Sequence record: PQ464595.1
DNA: 64,000 nucleotides
Direction: 5' to 3' (one strand)
Positions 54,812-64,000 of this stretch are shown here, piece by piece (position 1 is the first letter of the stretch; each line of letters begins with the position of its first letter). A model generated the notes under the pieces. It was not told where the DNA came from. It did no database searches and saw only the letters and a program-made list of their open reading frames with translations. The position numbers and the translations under genes are program-made.

Positions 54812-55945
54812 TTATTCCTCTACGCTATCCGGTACTTCAATGTCTACACCAAAGTTTTCATCACCCTTTTCAGCATCAGAAAGAACAGTAGCAATTAATG
54901 GATGGCGAGTAAATTGAGCCATTACTAAATCTAGACATTCATTTTCATTATTCATCCAACCTTTGCGATATAGAAGAATTTCTTCACCAGTATCAATATC
55001 AATATATGATAGACGGTTTCCTGACTTCAGGATTAGACCATACTTTTCAAACATATCAAGAAGACCACTACGAGGATTCATGCCTTTATCCCAAGGAATT
55101 TTGATTTCCACATCTTCAAATGGTTTGTTGTAACGTGTCTTCATGACTTTACATTTAGAACGAATACCACTTACATCAGAAGTCTTGTTACCATCTTCAT
55201 CTTCTTTTAGTTTTAGTTTACCCATCGCAACAACGATTGAGGAAGCATAAACTAAACCAGAACCACCACTGATTTTAGGATCAGGGCTGAACATATCTTG
55301 GCTTTCATATGAGTGGTTTACACATACCATTCCCATATTCAACGCACCAATGCTGTTTACACAGTTAGTGATGAATGCTTTCAACTGCTTAGGTTTGTGA
55401 CCCATGTCACCTTTTAGATTACCAGCTTTCATTTGATCGTTAGCAATTTCAGTATTCAACATACCGATACTATCAATAATGAATAGAACTTTTTGACGTT
55501 CATCACGTGGTACATCTTCGTATTCTTTACGATAACCTTCAATGAATTCATAAGTGAATTTGGCAACATCACCAATCATACCCATGTTCATTTTAAGTAG
55601 TTTCTCAGGAGACGTATCTACACCAAGTGCTTGTAGCCATTCTGAGTCCAATGCGTTCTCGGAGTCAATAATAACTACGAAAATACCTTGTTGTTGTGCT
55701 TCACGAGCAATATTACCAGATACGATGAATGATTTACCGGAACCGGATTCACCAGCAAACATTGTTACTTTGCCAAGTGGAATACCCTTTTTAAAATCGC
55801 CACTAATACGGTAGTTAAGTGCGAAGTTGCCAGTACTAACCCAAGTATCAGGATCGTGGAATCCAATACTTACACCAGAGTTCTTTTTAACTGAGGCTGT
55901 ACTGTTTTTGATGATGGTTGCTAAACCCGCTGAAAAATTTTTCAT
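54812..55945 (-). CDS. uvsX: UvsX/RecA-like recombinase
   Basis: STGNFALN..ISG, GESGSGKS, DSENALD, IDSIGML, SGGSG. Confidence 0.92.
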   Translation of the reverse strand: MKNFSAGLATIIKNSTASVKKNSGVSIGFHDPDTWVSTGNFALNYRISGDFKKGIPLGKVTMFAGESGSGKSFIVSGNIAREAQQQGIFVVIIDSENALDSEWLQALGVDTSPEKLLKMNMGMIGDVAKFTYEFIEGYRKEYEDVPRDERQKVLFIIDSIGMLNTEIANDQMKAGNLKGDMGHKPKQLKAFITNCVNSIGALNMGMVCVNHSYESQDMFSPDPKISGGSGLVYASSIVVAMGKLKLKEDEDGNKTSDVSGIRSKCKVMKTRYNKPFEDVEIKIPWDKGMNPRSGLLDMFEKYGLILKSGNRLSYIDIDTGEEILLYRKGWMNNENECLDLVMAQFTRHPLIATVLSDAEKGDENFGVDIEVPDSVEE

Positions 55946-55967
55946 ATTAATCTCTCCATGAAATGAA

Positions 55968-55992
55968 ATTGGGACAAATCCTTTGTCCCAAT
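55968..55992. terminator. Hairpin/terminator after the ssb gene
   Basis: ATTGGGACAAA-TCC-TTTGTCCCAAT. Confidence 0.7.
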
Positions 55993-56004
55993 AAATTTTA
56001 ACTA

Positions 56005-57051
56005 TTAGTTACCGCTTTTAGCCTTTAGTTTAGCTACTAAATCTGCTGGTGATAGCTTCTCTTTTGGTGCTGCTTCGGTTGAAGCTGCTGGAGTTGCCGC
56101 AGGAGCAGTTTCAGTTTCTACAGACTTGCTTTCAACTACTGGTGCTGCTACTGGAGCAGTGGTAGTTTTAGCTGCTGGTACTGAAGTTGGAGTTTCAGAG
56201 GTTGAACCAGTTGCTGGTTTCTGAACACCTGCTGGGCGATAGAACGCAGCCCAACGTGCTGGATCATACGCTTCACCATTTACGGATGCTTCGAACATCT
56301 CTTTGATAGCTACTAGTTCCTCTGGAGTTGGCTGTTTAGGCATGAACTCGCTAAGGTTGAATAGACCGTATGTTTCTACAGCGGTGCGTTCGTCTTGGTT
56401 TAGTGGACGCTCGGAGAATTTGAACTGTGATGCATCGTAGTTATTGAATCCACCAGCGTTCTTTGACTTGATCACGCGGAAATCGCGGCCATGTTCAATA
56501 TCGGTTGGTAGTTCTTCAACATCAGGGTTCATTAGGATTGATTTGATCTTCTCGAACAAATCTTTGTTCACTAGAACGCGACGGATTGGATTCTCTGGAG
56601 CATTGTCATCTTTGACTTCTACAGAGTTTGGTGCAATCAGGCATTGGAATAGATATGATTTCTTTTTCCAGTACTTAGATGCTTGTTTAGAAAGATCTTC
56701 GTTTCCAGTTTCTTTCGCGATTTTATACCACTGACGAATCTCGGTAAGAATCGGACAAGAGTTAGCAACCCACATTTCATTACATGGTACTTGTAGACGA
56801 ACTTTATCGGTGTGAACACCTTTAACGCCGTTGAATTCGAGATTAATCATCTCACGTTCACGCCAGAAGTACTGGTTATTGTGGTCGCCATCTGGAAGAA
56901 AGCGTAGGTTAAGATCAGCATTCTCTGGAATGTTCCAGAAAGCTAGGAATGCATCCGGTTGGCGTTCGCCAGTGAATGTTCCGTTTTTTACTGCGTCTTG
57001 TTTTGCTTGTTCTGCTGCTAATAGAGCACGAATTTCTGCTAATGATGCCAT
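56005..57051 (-). CDS. gp32: Single-stranded DNA-binding protein (T4 gp32-like)
   Basis: LRFLPD, CPI, YWKKKSY, GRDF.VIK..GGFNNYDASQF; low-complexity C-tail. Confidence 0.85.
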   Translation of the reverse strand: MASLAEIRALLAAEQAKQDAVKNGTFTGERQPDAFLAFWNIPENADLNLRFLPDGDHNNQYFWREREMINLEFNGVKGVHTDKVRLQVPCNEMWVANSCPILTEIRQWYKIAKETGNEDLSKQASKYWKKKSYLFQCLIAPNSVEVKDDNAPENPIRRVLVNKDLFEKIKSILMNPDVEELPTDIEHGRDFRVIKSKNAGGFNNYDASQFKFSERPLNQDERTAVETYGLFNLSEFMPKQPTPEELVAIKEMFEASVNGEAYDPARWAAFYRPAGVQKPATGSTSETPTSVPAAKTTTAPVAAPVVESKSVETETAPAATPAASTEAAPKEKLSPADLVAKLKAKSGN

Positions 57052-57133
57052 TTTGATTTCCTTATCAATTTGTTTCTTTGTTACTAAGTTTTGCTTCTTT
57101 GTTTGTCATTGGCTCCTTGCCTTTGACATTTCT

Positions 57134-57230
57134 ATTATACCACAATTTCTTGTGGTGTTTCATCTTTTTTCCGTTTTTTCGTCTCGGATGACTACCCAAG
57201 GTTTCGCTTGGTTATGTACATTATACCACA
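57134..57230 (-). promoter_or_regulatory. Tandem extended -10 promoters upstream of the ssb gene
   Basis: TGTGGTATAAT at 57134-57144 and at 57220-57230. Confidence 0.75.
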
Positions 57231-57277
57231 AAATGGTTTAACGTTCCATCTATTTACTGAAGTGGGGTTGGGAGCTT

Positions 57278-58579
<1,302 letters not shown>

Positions 58580-58602
58580 TCAAATCTGTATAGATATATT
58601 TA

Positions 58603-60943
<2,341 letters not shown>

Positions 60944-60986
60944 AATCTTCCTTAAAAAGTACTGCCAAAGGCAGCACTCTATTCAT

Positions 60987-61486
60987 TTATAGCTGTTTTA
61001 ACGTATAAGTCACATCCATATAGGACTTAAATGGCCCATATAGTGCTTCTGTATTGTTTCTTTCGTTATAAATGTCCACACTAAGGGTTAAACGTGGCAA
61101 ATATGTTCCGTTTTCCCCTCGAACAAGCCACCAGCCAGGATAAAAACGCTTTTTAGAGCGTTGACTCTTACGGAAAGAGCCTATTCCTAGTGGATCATCA
61201 TTCTGAATGTCAATAATGTTGTCAGTATCGTTAATAGGATACTCACCCAAGGCTTTCGATGTATTAGTACTGTCAGTTACTTCAATTTCAGCATAAGTGA
61301 AGGTTTCACCTAATGCTTCTTCGAGTTCTTTAATGTTACTAAACTTCAAAGCACCCTCTGAAGTAAAGAACTCAATACCAGTACGTTCAGTAGTACCTTC
61401 ATCGTAATTCACGAGAATACCCATCTTGTCACCAGTATTGGTTTCAACAATGAAGGAGTACTCAGTTAGAATTTTTAAAATAGCCA

Positions 61487-61487
<1 letters not shown>
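60987..61487 (-). CDS. Hypothetical protein
   Basis: 166 aa, coupled to the 5' nuclease. Confidence 0.7.
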
Positions 61488-62470
<983 letters not shown>

Positions 62471-62660
62471 TTAAGGAACTCCATTTTCCATAATTTACTT
62501 CATTATACCACATTTTCCAAGGTGGTTTCACATATGAAATAAATAGTTGCATACAAACATTTTGATTAAATTTTTTACGTTATTAATAGTAACGAAAAGG
62601 ATTTGATAAATAACATTAAGCAGGTATTAAGCCTGCACCAAATTAACAAGGAGATTTCTA

Positions 62661-63221
62661 ATGAGTCTTAATTCTTTTGATCGTAACTATGGTATGTCTG
62701 CTAATAGTCGCGAATTTTGGGGTGGTGACAATGGTTTCGTAACTGTTGTTGTAACTCTACCTGCTGATGTAGAAATCGGCGTTTCTGCTGTAGCATTCGA
62801 TGGTACTGAAGCTGGTGATAATGCCGCTCAAACCGCTCTATCTGCTGCTGAGAAAAACCAATTCATCATCGCTCAAGCTCTTGCTCAACGTGCGGTTCTA
62901 GTAACCACTTCTGCGTTGTCAACTGATGTTGATCCTACTGCTGCTGGTTTTGAAACTGTTGGTGGAAACGTAATCGCTTTCGGTTCCGCTGGTACTCTTG
63001 CTGATGGTTCTTTCGGTATTACTTATATCGTTGAACGCCAAGACGTGTTTACCAAACAAGAAGGTAAACCAGGTTCTACTTACGCACTAGTTGTTGATCC
63101 AACTACAGAAATCGCTACCACTCTAGCACAAGCTGGTGTATTCCAGAAGAAAGACGGTACTCCCGCTCTTGCTGCTGCTGTTGGTATCAAAGTGTTCAAA
63201 GCACTTCCAGTACTACTATAA
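62661..63221 (+). CDS. Abundant virion structural protein, paralog 1
   Basis: ATAAATA at 62539 and 62606, GGAG RBS, strongly biased codons, Ala/Val/Thr-rich. Confidence 0.65.
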   Translation: MSLNSFDRNYGMSANSREFWGGDNGFVTVVVTLPADVEIGVSAVAFDGTEAGDNAAQTALSAAEKNQFIIAQALAQRAVLVTTSALSTDVDPTAAGFETVGGNVIAFGSAGTLADGSFGITYIVERQDVFTKQEGKPGSTYALVVDPTTEIATTLAQAGVFQKKDGTPALAAAVGIKVFKALPVLL

Positions 63222-63238
63222 TTCAAGGAGAATAAAAT

Positions 63239-63895
63239 ATGTTAGAACGTATTAATGGTTTCTCCGAATCTGGAGTACTAGGTTATTTCTATGGTAAGAA
63301 CGCTCTAGTTTCTATCGCTATCGGCGGTGCTTCAAACGTAGTTGTTAAAGTTACTGGTGCTGTGGCATCTTTCGCTGAACTACAACGTTTCCTAAACACT
63401 GAAGATGTTGACGCTATCGTAGAATTCCTAAACGATAAAGGTGTTGTTCGTGTTGATGGTACAGAGTTCGTAGCTGTTTCCCTAGAAGCTGACTATACCG
63501 CTGCTTATGCCGCACAAACTAACGTTAAACGTGTTATCGACATTGTTCAACAACGTGCTGTAGTACTAAGTACTTCTCTAACCGCTCAAGGCGTAGCTGT
63601 TGCTGGTTTCCGTAATGCCCCTTCAGGTGTTACTGCTGCTGCTTCTGTTCCTGCTGCTAACGTTATTACTTTCCTAGTAGAACGTGCGAACGTGTTCGAT
63701 AAAGACCTAGTAACCTTCCAAGGTGTACCAGCTAACCAAATCGACGAAGGCCGTCTACTAATTGATGACCTAACAGGTGTACCAATGCTAACTGCTACTG
63801 GTACTGAAGTAATCCTAGCATCTTCAGCTACTGCTGCTACTGCTGGTAACTTCGCGATTAAAGTTTACAAAGCTATCCCAGCATTGTCAATCTAA
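63239..63895 (+). CDS. Abundant virion structural protein, paralog 2
   Basis: Shares QRAV.., VER..VF.K and IKV.KA.P.L with paralog 1. Confidence 0.65.
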   Translation: MLERINGFSESGVLGYFYGKNALVSIAIGGASNVVVKVTGAVASFAELQRFLNTEDVDAIVEFLNDKGVVRVDGTEFVAVSLEADYTAAYAAQTNVKRVIDIVQQRAVVLSTSLTAQGVAVAGFRNAPSGVTAAASVPAANVITFLVERANVFDKDLVTFQGVPANQIDEGRLLIDDLTGVPMLTATGTEVILASSATAATAGNFAIKVYKAIPALSI

Positions 63896-63907
63896 TAAAT
63901 CCAAACG

Positions 63908-63938
63908 AAAAAAGGACGCTATAAGCGTCCTTTTTTTT
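63908..63938. terminator. Bidirectional terminator
   Basis: AAAAAAGGACGC-TATAA-GCGTCCTTTTTTTT. Confidence 0.85.
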
Positions 63939-64000
63939 ATTCATAAATTTTGAAATTCGGATCAATAGAACCAGTCGGTTGATTCATCTCGTCGTTTACG
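63937..64000 (-). CDS. 3' end of a gene entering from beyond the window
   Basis: Open frame ...VNDEMNQPTGSIDPNFKIYE ending with TAA at the terminator. Confidence 0.5.
   Translation of the reverse strand, partial: VNDEMNQPTGSIDPNFKIYE

Overview
This is a 64-kb segment of a large lytic, T4-superfamily-like myovirus genome. It is AT-rich, densely coding and almost entirely on the minus strand. Gene content suggests a jumbo phage of Enterobacterales, resembling the RaK2/GAP32/121Q type; this is an inference and no search was run. Positions 1-10 kb hold accessory or early genes: a NADAR-like protein, a LemA/TPM-like pair, a DexA-like exonuclease and a TelA pair. The rest is the replication, recombination and nucleotide-metabolism core (clamp loader, two-subunit topoisomerase II, Dda, RNase HI, DHFR, MazG, NrdAB, helicase, primase, UvsW/X/Y, gp32 SSB, 5' nuclease), interleaved with host-takeover genes (GroES, ClpS, IF3, KTSC), late/virion genes and the large terminase. 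I found no tRNA, CRISPR array, integrase, intein or intron. The most notable observations are: (1) the palindrome AGTACT is roughly 10-fold over-represented in all reading frames; (2) a minimal DnaE-type polymerase core is split into two genes 33 kb apart, as are the two clamp-loader subunits; (3) two tandem HEXXH metallopeptidase-like proteins look like capsid-packaged cargo; (4) a catalytically degenerate terminase-ATPase paralog sits just upstream of terL; (5) two tandem T4-gpT-like holin candidates; (6) a late promoter lies in the loop of an RBS-occluding hairpin.
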